From Desulforegulaceae bacterium (GTDB taxonomy: Bacteria > Desulfobacterota > Desulfobacteria > Desulfobacterales > JACKCP01), in contig JAVERC010000014.1 of assembly GCA_034007295.1 (NCBI GenBank), forward strand, positions 2,732 through 66,731: a stretch of 64,000 nt of DNA. Direction: 5' to 3'. The position numbers were made by a program, and so were the translations under genes. The notes under the pieces are model-generated. The model ran no database searches, had not been told where the DNA came from, and saw nothing but the letters and a program-made list of their open reading frames with translations. Shown piece after piece: positions 51,128-61,682 of this stretch. Each line of letters opens with the position of its first letter. Position 1 is the first letter of the stretch.

Positions 51128-51997
51128 TTAATTTTTGTTTATATTTTCCATTACTTTTTTGAAAATAATCTTCAAGACTTCAGCACCTTGTCCATTGGAG
51201 TATTCTACTGGAGCTTTTTTATTCATTATAGCCTTTGGAAAATCGTCGTCAAAAGGAATTTTACCCATGAAAACAGCATTGGACTTATTTGCATAATTTT
51301 CAATTTCGTCAGTAATTTCAGGGTTTAAATCGTATTTATTTACAAGAATCATAACAGGAACTTTTAAAAAATCACAAAGGTCTTTTGCCTTTATCATATC
51401 ATGATATCCTGATTTTGTAGGCTCTGTAACAATAAGAACATGGTCTGCTCCTGTAATTGAAGATGTAGCAGGGCAGCCAGTACCAGGAGGGCCGTCACTT
51501 ATTATAATTGAAGCATTTTGCTTTTCAGCTTCCTGTTTTGCTCTTTTTCTGAGATGGTTAATAAGAAGCCCTGAATTTTCTCCGCCAATATTTAGTTTTG
51601 CATGAACCATTGTTCCAGAGTCAGTTTTTGAAACAAACCATTTGCCAGATTCTTCTGGTATAAGATCAATTGCCTTTTCAGGACAAAATTCATGGCAGAC
51701 TCCACATCCCTCGCAGTCTATTTCATTGACCACAAAATCATCTGATATTGCATCAAATTCGCATCTTTCAATGCAAAGTCCGCATTCAATGCATTTGTCT
51801 TTATTAATTTTTGCCTTTACACCGGAGGTAAAAGACGATTGTTCGGAATCTAAAGGTTCAATTATAAGATGAAGGTTTGCTGCATCAACGTCTGCATCAA
51901 CAAGAATTTTTTTATCTTCACAAAGCCTTGCAAAAGAGGCACTTACGCAGGTTTTCCCTGTTCCGCCTTTTCCGCTTATTATTACTAGCTCTTTCAT
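51128..51997 (-). CDS. MinD/ParA/Mrp-superfamily P-loop ATPase with inserted 2x[4Fe-4S] ferredoxin domain
   Basis: Walker A SGKGGTGKT; CIECGLCIERC and CEGCGVCHEFCP. Confidence 0.85.
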   Translation of the reverse strand: MKELVIISGKGGTGKTCVSASFARLCEDKKILVDADVDAANLHLIIEPLDSEQSSFTSGVKAKINKDKCIECGLCIERCEFDAISDDFVVNEIDCEGCGVCHEFCPEKAIDLIPEESGKWFVSKTDSGTMVHAKLNIGGENSGLLINHLRKRAKQEAEKQNASIIISDGPPGTGCPATSSITGADHVLIVTEPTKSGYHDMIKAKDLCDFLKVPVMILVNKYDLNPEITDEIENYANKSNAVFMGKIPFDDDFPKAIMNKKAPVEYSNGQGAEVLKIIFKKVMENINKN

Positions 51998-51998
51998 T

Positions 51999-52844
51999 TT
52001 AAGCCCCTAAATTTTCTGAAATTATTGAATCAAGAGTATTTTTAAACTGTTTCATAAGCCCGCTTCTAGTTGAAACAACAAGATTACCCTTTGAATAATC
52101 CACAGCCAAATCCCTGGAATATGGAATTTCCATTAAAATTGGAACATTAGCTTCATTTGCATATTCGTGAATGATTCTAATTTCTTCCATATGCTTGTTT
52201 ATTATTATTCCGCATGGCTTGCCAAGAAGTCTTGATGTTTCAACGGCAAGTTTTAAGTCGCTTAATCCAAATGGGGTAGGCTCTGTTACAAGAATAACAT
52301 AATCGCAGTCTTTCATTGCTGCAATGGCAGGGCATGATGTTCCAGGAGGTGAATCAATAATTGAATGAATATTTGGATCAAGTTTTTTCTGAACACTGCC
52401 AATCAGCATTGGAGATGCCATTTCACCTGTTTTAAGGTCTCCTGAAATGATTTTTATATTTTCATTTATCTGTTTTGAATAAATTGAACCAAGCATTTTT
52501 TGGCCGTCAGAAATTGCTTTTTCAGGGCAGATATAAAGGCAGCCTTTGCAGCTGTGACATAAGGTAGGAAAAATCATAACCTTATTTAATACTACAGCAA
52601 GTGCATTATATCTGCACACTCTTTCACATTCTTTGCAGCCAGTACATTTTGACTGATCAATCTGGGGAATAAAAAGAAATATGTCTTCTTTTTCTGCTTC
52701 TGAAACATCAAAAAATATTGAGGCATTAGGTGCTTCTACATCACAATCTGCAAGCTGGATTTTTTCTCCAAAGGATGCTGCAAGAGATGTTGCAACAGTT
52801 GTTTTACCAGTGCCTCCTTTTCCGCTTGCTACACAAATCTTCAT
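51999..52844 (-). CDS. Second MinD/ParA/Mrp-superfamily P-loop ATPase with ferredoxin domain
   Basis: Walker A SGKGGTGKT; CTGCKECERVC and CHSCKGCLYICP. 1-nt spacing to both neighbours. Confidence 0.85.
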   Translation of the reverse strand: MKICVASGKGGTGKTTVATSLAASFGEKIQLADCDVEAPNASIFFDVSEAEKEDIFLFIPQIDQSKCTGCKECERVCRYNALAVVLNKVMIFPTLCHSCKGCLYICPEKAISDGQKMLGSIYSKQINENIKIISGDLKTGEMASPMLIGSVQKKLDPNIHSIIDSPPGTSCPAIAAMKDCDYVILVTEPTPFGLSDLKLAVETSRLLGKPCGIIINKHMEEIRIIHEYANEANVPILMEIPYSRDLAVDYSKGNLVVSTRSGLMKQFKNTLDSIISENLGA

Positions 52845-53360
52845 TTAAGACCTCCTGCCCTGATTTCTTCCCATTCCTTTATTGCAGCCACCACCCATAC
52901 CACGACCGCCGCCCATGCCGCGGCCGCCACCGCCGCCCATACCGCGTCCAGTGCCCATACCGCGTCCGCCGCCCATTCCGCCTCCAAAAGGTTGTTGCTG
53001 TCCTTGGTTTTGATAATTAGATGAGCCTGGGTTTTGGTTATAAATATTACTTTGTTTTGCAATTTCCATTGCTTGAGCTACACTGCCCTGAAAACTGACA
53101 AAATTTACTCCTGCTGCACTTAATACACTTTCAGCTTTTGGGCCAAGATTCCCAGCAAAAAGAGCTTTTACACCTTTTTCTGCAATCATGCTAGCAGCAC
53201 CTGTCCCTGCACCTGTCGAGCTGTTTTTTGCATTGTTTTCAATTATCTCTTCTATCTGATCTCCGTTTGCATTTGTAATAAGAAAATAATCTGCTCTGCC
53301 AAAACGTTCATCAACCTGAGAAGCTGTAGTTGTACCGTTTGATGCTATTGCTATTTTCAT
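52845..53360 (-). CDS. NifX-like domain protein with C-terminal Gly/Arg/Met repeat tail
   Basis: N-terminal MKIAIASNG ... DERFGRADYFLI ... LFAGNLGPKAESVL. Tail is GGGMGGGRGMGTGRGMGGGGGRGMGGGRGMGGGCNKGMGRNQGRRS. Confidence 0.8.
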   Translation of the reverse strand: MKIAIASNGTTTASQVDERFGRADYFLITNANGDQIEEIIENNAKNSSTGAGTGAASMIAEKGVKALFAGNLGPKAESVLSAAGVNFVSFQGSVAQAMEIAKQSNIYNQNPGSSNYQNQGQQQPFGGGMGGGRGMGTGRGMGGGGGRGMGGGRGMGGGCNKGMGRNQGRRS

Positions 53361-53396
53361 TTATTCATCCTCCTTTATTTCGGATGGTTAAGAGTA

Positions 53397-53732
53397 TTAA
53401 TTCCCTTGTCTTCTGTTTCTTTTATGACCCTGGAATTTTGGGTGCATTTCAAAATTACCGCCTTCAATATTTATTGCCTTGCCGTTTATGATTGCATCAG
53501 CAATTTTATTTCTGGCAATTGATATTATTCTTCCAAAGGTTTGTCTTGAAACCCCCATTTTTTCACCTGCCTGCTCATGTGAAAGGCCGTTTAGATCTGC
53601 AAGCCTGATTGCTTCAGTTTCATCAATGGTCAAGATATTTTCTTCAAGCTCTCTTAATGGGATTCCCCTTGGCTTAAAGTAATCTGTTTTAGGTTTTTGT
53701 CTTACAAGTCTTTGCTTAACAGGTCTAACCAT
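53397..53732 (-). CDS. DUF134-family putative DNA-binding protein
   Basis: YFKPRGIPLRELEE ... DETEAIRLADLNGLSHEQAGEKMGVSRQTFGRI ... GKAINIEGG, 111 aa. Confidence 0.8.
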   Translation of the reverse strand: MVRPVKQRLVRQKPKTDYFKPRGIPLRELEENILTIDETEAIRLADLNGLSHEQAGEKMGVSRQTFGRIISIARNKIADAIINGKAINIEGGNFEMHPKFQGHKRNRRQGN

Positions 53733-53892
53733 TTACCCTCCCTTTATGAGCATATGCCCATAACAATATTCTCACAGAACTTAATATGTCAAGTTAAAAA
53801 TTTAAAAAATTATTAGTTGTTACAAATAAATCATCATGATAATTTATCAATAATCTAGTGTTTTATAAAATTTTGGAATATGCAGGTATTTA

Positions 53893-54654
53893 ATGGATCA
53901 GGTTTTAGAAGAAATTAAACAAATGGCAATTGAGATTGTTGATCAGTCCAGGTTACCATCTTTTTACAATGATTATAATGATCTAATAAACCAGTCTAAA
54001 AATTTTTTTAATGAGGATGAACTCATTATTAAAATGAGAAAAGACTTGTTTGAAACCCTTGAAGATAATTTTGGACATGGATATGGTCATGCAAAAAAAG
54101 TTGCTATTGAGGCCGGTGTAATTTTTTTGGTTGAAATGAAAAGGGCAGGGGGCCAAAAAAAAGATGGTCATTATCTTTCCATTGCCCAGACAGCAGGTCT
54201 TCTTCATGATATATGTCGAAAGGAAAAAGACCATGCAAAAAAAGGTGCAATCTATGCTAGATCATATCTTGATGGAATATTTGAAGATTTAAAAAATATA
54301 GATTCAGTAGTTCATGCGATTTCAAATCATGAAGCTTTTTGTGATTTTTATGAAGAAGCCCCAAATTTTGAAGCTTCAGTTTTATCAGATTCATTGTATG
54401 ATTCGGATAAATTCAGGTGGGGCCCTGACAATTTTTCCCATATGCTCTGGGCAATGCTTGCCCATGCAGATATAAGTGCAGCTCAGTTTATGAGTGGGTA
54501 TGGAAGGGGAATAAATTCCTTAAGAAAAATCAAAAAAACATTTAGAACACACACAGGCAGAAAATACGGGCCTGAATTTATTGATATTGGAATTGAGATC
54601 GGCACAACTCTTTTAAGCAGGATTAAAAATGAAATTGGGCTTTTGCAGAATTGA
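53893..54654 (+). CDS. HD-domain phosphohydrolase-like protein
   Basis: HGYGHAKKV ... LLHDICR His/Asp pattern, 253 aa. Confidence 0.7.
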   Translation: MDQVLEEIKQMAIEIVDQSRLPSFYNDYNDLINQSKNFFNEDELIIKMRKDLFETLEDNFGHGYGHAKKVAIEAGVIFLVEMKRAGGQKKDGHYLSIAQTAGLLHDICRKEKDHAKKGAIYARSYLDGIFEDLKNIDSVVHAISNHEAFCDFYEEAPNFEASVLSDSLYDSDKFRWGPDNFSHMLWAMLAHADISAAQFMSGYGRGINSLRKIKKTFRTHTGRKYGPEFIDIGIEIGTTLLSRIKNEIGLLQN

Positions 54655-55468
54655 TGAAGAAGCATCTGAAAATGTAAAAAAAGTTCCAGGCAAAGTTTAT
54701 TTGTGCAGGACAGAATATATGTCCTGCGGAGCATGCTGTGGAATTTATAATTTTAATTATACTTCCCGTCAAAATTTTTTTGATGTCATTATAGATAGAA
54801 CTGTAAGATTTGAAAGTGTTGAAAGAACAATTGAGGCAATTTTAGAATTTGGAGAAGCTGAATCAAAAAAAATAGATTGTTTTGGAAAAAAGCCTTTTCC
54901 CCAATTTCACCACTGTCCTTTTACAGGGTTTATGGATTCAGCCTTTGATAAACCAGGGTGTCTTCTCCATCCCCTTGCAGAAAAAAATTCTGGAGTCGAT
55001 TATAGAGGCCTCAGCTATTATGGAGGTCTTGCATGTGCCTCTTATTTTTGTCCTACTTATTATAATGTTTCATCTGAAAGAAAGCTTATTGTGAGGAACG
55101 CCCTTGAGGATTCATATTCTTACGGCCTTATAATAACCGAAGATAAAATGATCAACAATCTTTTTGATATTGTAGAGAAAAAAAAGGGGAAAAAATTATT
55201 TCCCCATGAAGTGAACGATGAGGCAATGATTAAACTTGAAAAGATTTTAAAATTTAAACTTGGCTGCCCTTTAATTTCTGATAACAGCCATCCTGCAAAT
55301 TATTTTTTTGGAGATGCAGACACAAAAGATGAAATTTTTTATTTTAGAACATCTGAATTTTATCATATTTTAAAAGCTATAAAAGCTTTAATTACGTCTA
55401 AAAAAGATCTTCTTGATGCTGAAAATTTTTTAAATAAAGAAATTAGTGAATTTGTAAATCTCTTATGA
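54629..55468 (+). CDS. Cys-rich hypothetical protein (YkgJ/UPF0153-like CxxCC motif)
   Basis: MSCGACCGIY near the N-terminus with further conserved-looking Cys/His. Overlaps the HD gene by 26 nt. Confidence 0.6.
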   Translation: MKLGFCRIDEEASENVKKVPGKVYLCRTEYMSCGACCGIYNFNYTSRQNFFDVIIDRTVRFESVERTIEAILEFGEAESKKIDCFGKKPFPQFHHCPFTGFMDSAFDKPGCLLHPLAEKNSGVDYRGLSYYGGLACASYFCPTYYNVSSERKLIVRNALEDSYSYGLIITEDKMINNLFDIVEKKKGKKLFPHEVNDEAMIKLEKILKFKLGCPLISDNSHPANYFFGDADTKDEIFYFRTSEFYHILKAIKALITSKKDLLDAENFLNKEISEFVNLL

Positions 55469-55750
55469 TTATCCAAACTTTCTTTTTGCGGAAAGAATGG
55501 GAGTATTAAGCACAAGAGCAGAAAGATCATCTTGTCGTTCAATATCTAGCTTTAATGAACTTTTATCAATTTCAAAATATTTTGAAATAACATCAACAAT
55601 ATCTTTTTGAAGTGCTTCAAGTATTTCATCCGACACCTCAAGTTTATCGTAAATAAGAGCGAATTGAAGTCTTTTTTTAGCAATATCTCGTGTTGATTCT
55701 TTTCCTGTGCCAAATATTTTTCCAAAGAATCCATTCTTCATAATACTCAC
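55469..55750 (-). CDS. minE: Cell division topological specificity factor MinE
   Basis: 93 aa (AKKRLQFALIYDKLEVS) downstream of minD. Confidence 0.85.
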   Translation of the reverse strand: MSIMKNGFFGKIFGTGKESTRDIAKKRLQFALIYDKLEVSDEILEALQKDIVDVISKYFEIDKSSLKLDIERQDDLSALVLNTPILSAKRKFG

Positions 55751-55767
55751 CTTTAAAGGGAAAAAGT

Positions 55768-56628
55768 TTATTTTTTAATGCCTAATTTTGAAGTTATTTT
55801 GCCCCATAATCCTTTTTGATCATAAATGGGTTCTTTAATGGGAACTGTTAAATCTCCTAATATTCTTTTAGCTATTCTTGTATATGCCTGGCCTGCCTTG
55901 GAAGTTTTGTCGTCAATTATATAGCTTCCTGTGTTTGTTGCAGCTATTACCCTGTCATCCATTTCAACAAGGCCTATAAGCTCAACAGAAAGAACATCCT
56001 CAACATCTTTGTGGCTCAGCATATCTCCGTTTACAACCATATAGGGAACAATTCTGTTTACAATAAGTTTTGGAGTAATTGATCTGGCATACAACAGTCC
56101 AATTATTCTGTCTGCATCTCTTACTGCTGAAACTTCAGGAGTACATACAACAATAGCCTCATCTGCCCCTGTTACAGAGTTCTCAAAGCCCTGTTCAATG
56201 CCTGCAGGACAATCAATAAGAATATAATCAAATTCTTCTCTTAATTTTTTGGTAAGCCTTGCCATATCATCTGTATTAAGAGCATTTTTATTATCACTTT
56301 GAGACGCTGGAATAAGAAAAAGTCCTTCTATTCTTCTATCTCTGATTGCAGCCTGCTTTACCTGGCATCTTCCATGTGCAAGATCTACAACATTGTAAAC
56401 GATTCGGTTTTCTAGACCCATTACAACATCAAGGTTTCGAAGTCCAATATCCATATCTACAACAGCAACAGTTTTACCAAGGGATGCAATTGCAGCTCCC
56501 AGGGAAGCAGTAGTCGTTGTTTTCCCTACCCCACCTTTTCCTGATGTGATTACTATGACTTTGCCTTTCAAATCTGCACCTCTTTTTTGTTTTGATATAA
56601 AACTTAATTTTATCTCACTTCCGGCCAT
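55768..56628 (-). CDS. minD: Septum site-determining ATPase MinD
   Basis: Deviant Walker A SGKGGVGKTT and a C-terminal amphipathic helix. The N-terminal ~20 aa of the track ORF are uncertain. Confidence 0.9.
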   Translation of the reverse strand: MAGSEIKLSFISKQKRGADLKGKVIVITSGKGGVGKTTTTASLGAAIASLGKTVAVVDMDIGLRNLDVVMGLENRIVYNVVDLAHGRCQVKQAAIRDRRIEGLFLIPASQSDNKNALNTDDMARLTKKLREEFDYILIDCPAGIEQGFENSVTGADEAIVVCTPEVSAVRDADRIIGLLYARSITPKLIVNRIVPYMVVNGDMLSHKDVEDVLSVELIGLVEMDDRVIAATNTGSYIIDDKTSKAGQAYTRIAKRILGDLTVPIKEPIYDQKGLWGKITSKLGIKK

Positions 56629-57293
56629 GGAAGTTTTGAAAAAGGATTTTGGTCAAGATAACTAGTAATTTCAAGTTCACCTAAACTGTTTAAAAATGCT
56701 ATTTCAGGAAGTTTAATACTTTTTTTTGCTCCTCCTACGCCTACAACATCATTGATTTGTATTTGGGAAGGTCTGAAATCCAGTGCAAATATAACGGATT
56801 TATTATCTTTTTTTTGGCCGGCAATGGCCGTGCCGCATAAAGCTCCAAGAATTATAATGTCTCCGCCGGCAATGACTTCAGCCCCAGGGTTGACATCACC
56901 ATAAATTATAAGGTGTTTTGAAGCATCGATTTTTTGTCCCGATCTTACCCTTCCGGTAATCATTAAGACTTCACTTTTAGAATTTTTCCACCCTCTTTCA
57001 ACTTCTCTGGTGCGTACCCTTTGTTTTAGTTCTGCCTTTATTGTTTTATGATTTTTAAAAGGTTTAACAGATTCTACAAAAAATTTGTCTTTTAAAAAAG
57101 GAAAAAGCTCTTCTGTAAATTCATAGTCCTCAGATTCAGAGTCAATATAGATATGAGCACCTTTAATAAGATGGCTTAAAGGAATAAGTGTCTGAGAAAC
57201 TTCGTCAAACAGATTTTTTTTAGAAATACTCTTATCAAGTATAAGCCGGAATCCATCGCCAACTCCCTTGATAGTTACTGATTTTTCAGCCAT
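56610..57293 (-). CDS. minC: Septum site-determining protein MinC
   Basis: C-terminal beta-helix motif GDVNPGAEVIAGGDIIILG, 227 aa, upstream of minD. Confidence 0.85.
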   Translation of the reverse strand: MAEKSVTIKGVGDGFRLILDKSISKKNLFDEVSQTLIPLSHLIKGAHIYIDSESEDYEFTEELFPFLKDKFFVESVKPFKNHKTIKAELKQRVRTREVERGWKNSKSEVLMITGRVRSGQKIDASKHLIIYGDVNPGAEVIAGGDIIILGALCGTAIAGQKKDNKSVIFALDFRPSQIQINDVVGVGGAKKSIKLPEIAFLNSLGELEITSYLDQNPFSKLPWPEVR

Positions 57294-57468
57294 TATTAAG
57301 CCTTTTTTTGGATAAGTTCCCTGAAAATTTAAAAAAACAGAAATTTGGGTATCATGACTTTATAAAAAAAAGGAGTTAATGTGTCAAGATGAGTGTATAT
57401 TAAACTTGAAATCAAATCTTTCAAAGATTACAATTTTTAAATTTAAAAATATAATACACTCAATTCAA

Positions 57469-58596
57469 TTATACATAAACTCTTTTAGCCCTTGAAGTAA
57501 GTGAAGACACAATTTCATAATTTATTGTTCCTGTTTTTTGTGCGTGATAATCTGCTGTTATGATTTTATCTGTGAAAATTACTGCATAATCGCCTGGATT
57601 AACATTTTCAATTTCTGTTACATCTGCGACACAAAGGTCCATGCAGATCCTGCCTCTTACCGGAGCTTTTTTGCCGTTAATTAAAAAATCTGTTTTTGAT
57701 GAAAGAAGTCTTGAAAATCCGTCTGCATAGCCAAGTGTAATTGTGGCGAGTTTTGAATTTTTTTCAGCTTTCCATGTTCTACCGTAGCTTACATAACTCC
57801 CTTTTTTAACATTTTTGACCTGTACTATTCTTGCTTTTAAGGTCATTGCCGGAAAAAGCTCAACTATTGATCTGTCAACTTCAGGGGATGGATACAGCCC
57901 GTAAATTGCAATACCAGGTCTTACCAGTGAATTTCTTGATTCTTTGATGTTCATAAGTCCGGCACTGTTTGCACAGTGGTAAAAATTGAAGCCGATTTTT
58001 TTTTGTTCCAGTTTTTTTATGACAGAGCTGAATTTATTCATTTGAAAATGCGCATACTCAAGGTCTTTTTCGTCTGCTGTTGCAAAATGGGTAAAAATCC
58101 CAACTGGTTCAATGTTTTCAAGTGCTTTTATTTTTGTTACTTGTGCTTCAATCTGATCCTCATCTCCACTAATTCCGACTCTGCCCATTCCTGTGTCAAT
58201 TTTGATGTGAACCCTGATTTTTTTGTTTATTTCCTTTGCCTTTGATGAAACAAGCCTTGCTGTTTCATAATCATATACTGAAACTTCAATATTATTTTCA
58301 CAGATTTCATTTATCATGCCTTCGCATGGATATCCAAGGGTCAGAATTGGGCAGCTTATTTTGTCTGCCCTTAATTTAAGTGCCTCTTCAGCCCTTGCAA
58401 CACCAAGAACCGAAGCTCCGCTTTCAAGTGCTTTTTTACCGACTTCAACTGAGCCGTGGCCGTATCCGTCTGCCTTTACAACTGCCATCAATGATGTGTT
58501 TTTGCCGGCAAGGATTTTAAGGTTTTTTACATTCTGTCCTATTTTATCCAGGTTTACTTCTGCAATAATATCGTTTTTGTTCATGGCTGGTTCCAT
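57469..58596 (-). CDS. alr: Alanine racemase
   Basis: PLP-Lys motif AVVKADGYGHG, 375 aa. Start could be the second ATG at 58584. Confidence 0.9.
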   Translation of the reverse strand: MEPAMNKNDIIAEVNLDKIGQNVKNLKILAGKNTSLMAVVKADGYGHGSVEVGKKALESGASVLGVARAEEALKLRADKISCPILTLGYPCEGMINEICENNIEVSVYDYETARLVSSKAKEINKKIRVHIKIDTGMGRVGISGDEDQIEAQVTKIKALENIEPVGIFTHFATADEKDLEYAHFQMNKFSSVIKKLEQKKIGFNFYHCANSAGLMNIKESRNSLVRPGIAIYGLYPSPEVDRSIVELFPAMTLKARIVQVKNVKKGSYVSYGRTWKAEKNSKLATITLGYADGFSRLLSSKTDFLINGKKAPVRGRICMDLCVADVTEIENVNPGDYAVIFTDKIITADYHAQKTGTINYEIVSSLTSRAKRVYV

Positions 58597-58920
58597 TGGT
58601 TTCAGTTAAAACAATAATGGCAATTTTCAATTTTTGCGGAATATATGTCAATGATTTAATTGAATAGATTGTATCTTATATTTGATGATAACTTTTTGTG
58701 GTGTTGTTTTTACTTAACGTCTGCCAGAAAGAAGAGAAAAGAAACAGGATATAATACTTTATAGAAAAAGGAGTTAAATCAATTACTGCAGAGGTTTGTG
58801 TTTGCCGGATGTTTTCTCAATCTGTGTTCCTGGAAATCAGTGGCTATGGCCATAATGGCCATGAGTGTGGAAAGTATCTGAGCTGCACGAACATCTTGAT
58901 AAAGGTCTCTCTTATCAAAA

Positions 58921-58968
58921 AAATCTGCAATCATGAATCAATCGGTTTAAGTGCATGATTGCAGATTT
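58921..58968. terminator. 15-bp stem terminator downstream of the Fe-ADH gene
   Basis: AAATCTGCAATCATG-n18-CATGATTGCAGATTT with a T run on both strands. Confidence 0.65.
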
Positions 58969-59048
58969 TATTTTTATATATGCTTTTTTTTGTCTTTAGA
59001 AATTTAAAATTTATTCTCTTTTGCAGATCATTAAATTTTTTCTAAAGA

Positions 59049-60215
59049 TTACATTGCTGTCTGTAAAATCTTAAGGCTTATTTCAGGTGTAATATCCTGA
59101 GTTTCAGAAAGAGCTGTCATACCGTGTGCCTTAAGCTGTTCTACTACATCAGAAAGCTGTTCTTCCTTAACTCCATATTCTGAAAGCCTGGTTTTAATTC
59201 CAAGGCTTTCAAAAAATCCTCTGGTTCTTTCTATTGCAAGATTAATCTTTTTATTCTGGTCAGTCTCTTCTATATTCCAGATACGCTCAGCATACTGGAT
59301 AAGTTTTTCACGCTTCTGATCACGCCTTACCTCCATAAGTGCAGGGTAAACAACTGCAAGGGTCTGCCCGTGATCTATTCCAAACATTGCAGTAAGTTCG
59401 TGGCCTATCATATGTGTTGCCCAATCCTGTGGAACTCCGGCTGCAATTATTCCGTTCAATGCCATTGTGGCACTCCACATGTGGTTTGCCCTTGCATCAT
59501 AGTTTTCAGGTTCGTTTACAGATGTTTCCCCTGTTTCTATGAGAGTATGAAGAATACCTTCTGCCCATCTGTCCTGAACCCTTGCATCAACAGGATATGT
59601 TATATACTGCTCTAATGTGTGAATAAATGCATCTGCAATTCCGTTTGCAACCTGAATTTTGGGCAAAGTAAATGTATAGGTCGGGTCAAGCACGGAAAAA
59701 ACAGGGAATGCAAGGGGACTCATCACAGGAAATTTACCGTGGTTATAGGTTATTACAGCACCGCTGTTCATTTCGGAACCTGTTGCAGGAAGAGTAAGTA
59801 CTGAACCAAGGGGAACTGCCTTTTTTACAGTTTCCGAAGTTATTGGCATGAATCCGAATTTTAAAAGATCTGTTTCATCTCCTTCATAATATGAAGCAAG
59901 AGAAATAAATTTGGTTCCGTCAATAACCGAACCTCCTCCTATTGCAAGAATAAAATCAATTTTCTCTTTTCTTACAATTTCAACAGCCTTCATAAGTGTT
60001 TCAAAATTCGGATTTGGTTCTATTCCTGAAAATTCGAAAACAGTATTTGATTTTAAAACCGATTTTGCCTTGTCAATAATTCCGTTTTTTTTGGCGCTTC
60101 CGCCTCCGTATGTAATCAAAACCTTTGCATCTTTTGGGATAAGGCTTCCCATTTCTTCTATTTTATCTTTTCCGAAAAGTATTCTTGTTGGATTGTAAAA
60201 ATCAAAATTAAACAT
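59049..60215 (-). CDS. Iron-containing alcohol dehydrogenase (YqhD/butanol dehydrogenase-like)
   Basis: MFNFDFYNPTRILFGKDKI, GGGSVIDGTK, His-rich metal site (HMIGHELT), 388 aa. Confidence 0.9.
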   Translation of the reverse strand: MFNFDFYNPTRILFGKDKIEEMGSLIPKDAKVLITYGGGSAKKNGIIDKAKSVLKSNTVFEFSGIEPNPNFETLMKAVEIVRKEKIDFILAIGGGSVIDGTKFISLASYYEGDETDLLKFGFMPITSETVKKAVPLGSVLTLPATGSEMNSGAVITYNHGKFPVMSPLAFPVFSVLDPTYTFTLPKIQVANGIADAFIHTLEQYITYPVDARVQDRWAEGILHTLIETGETSVNEPENYDARANHMWSATMALNGIIAAGVPQDWATHMIGHELTAMFGIDHGQTLAVVYPALMEVRRDQKREKLIQYAERIWNIEETDQNKKINLAIERTRGFFESLGIKTRLSEYGVKEEQLSDVVEQLKAHGMTALSETQDITPEISLKILQTAM

Positions 60216-60238
60216 TTATAATTTTCCTTTATAGTTTT

Positions 60239-61258
<1,020 letters not shown>

Positions 61259-61682
61259 TCATATTTTTTCAGAAAATTTTAAAATAACCTGATGATGGAA
61301 ATATACATTAGAGTTATAAAAATGATGTAGACCGATCCTGCCTGATTCTTGCCTGATTATCCGATATTATGAAACTTTGTAAAAAGTTAAGGTTTTCCTG
61401 TTAAACTATTTTTTATTTTTTATCTGATTTAAAAAATTATTCTTGTAATCTCAGATAAAACTACTGAAACAACTAATTTTGAACCGTTTTAAAAATATAG
61501 CTTGTTTTGATATCAAGCCTGGAAATACTTGGCTGCCTGAAAACAAAAAGCCGTTTTTCATAGTTAAAATAATATTCTTAATTGCCTGTTACTCCTAAAA
61601 TCCCGCTTTTAGAATAAATCTCTGAAAGCAGGAAAATCTCTTTTTCAGTTCTTTATTGGAGACTTTTATCATGCATCATCGG

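Noticed and set aside
52730-53062. ORFs 52730-53020 (+) and 52841-53062 (-) with Pro/Arg/His- or Ala/Trp/Val-rich repeats
   Set aside because: These are alternative-frame or opposite-strand readings of the GC-rich Gly/Arg/Met repeat that ends the NifX-like gene.
58846-58862. ATGGCCATAATGGCCAT, two palindromic ATGGCCAT units (an SfiI-type GGCCN5GGCC site)
   Set aside because: It is a single occurrence inside a probable gene remnant, with no evidence of a functional role.
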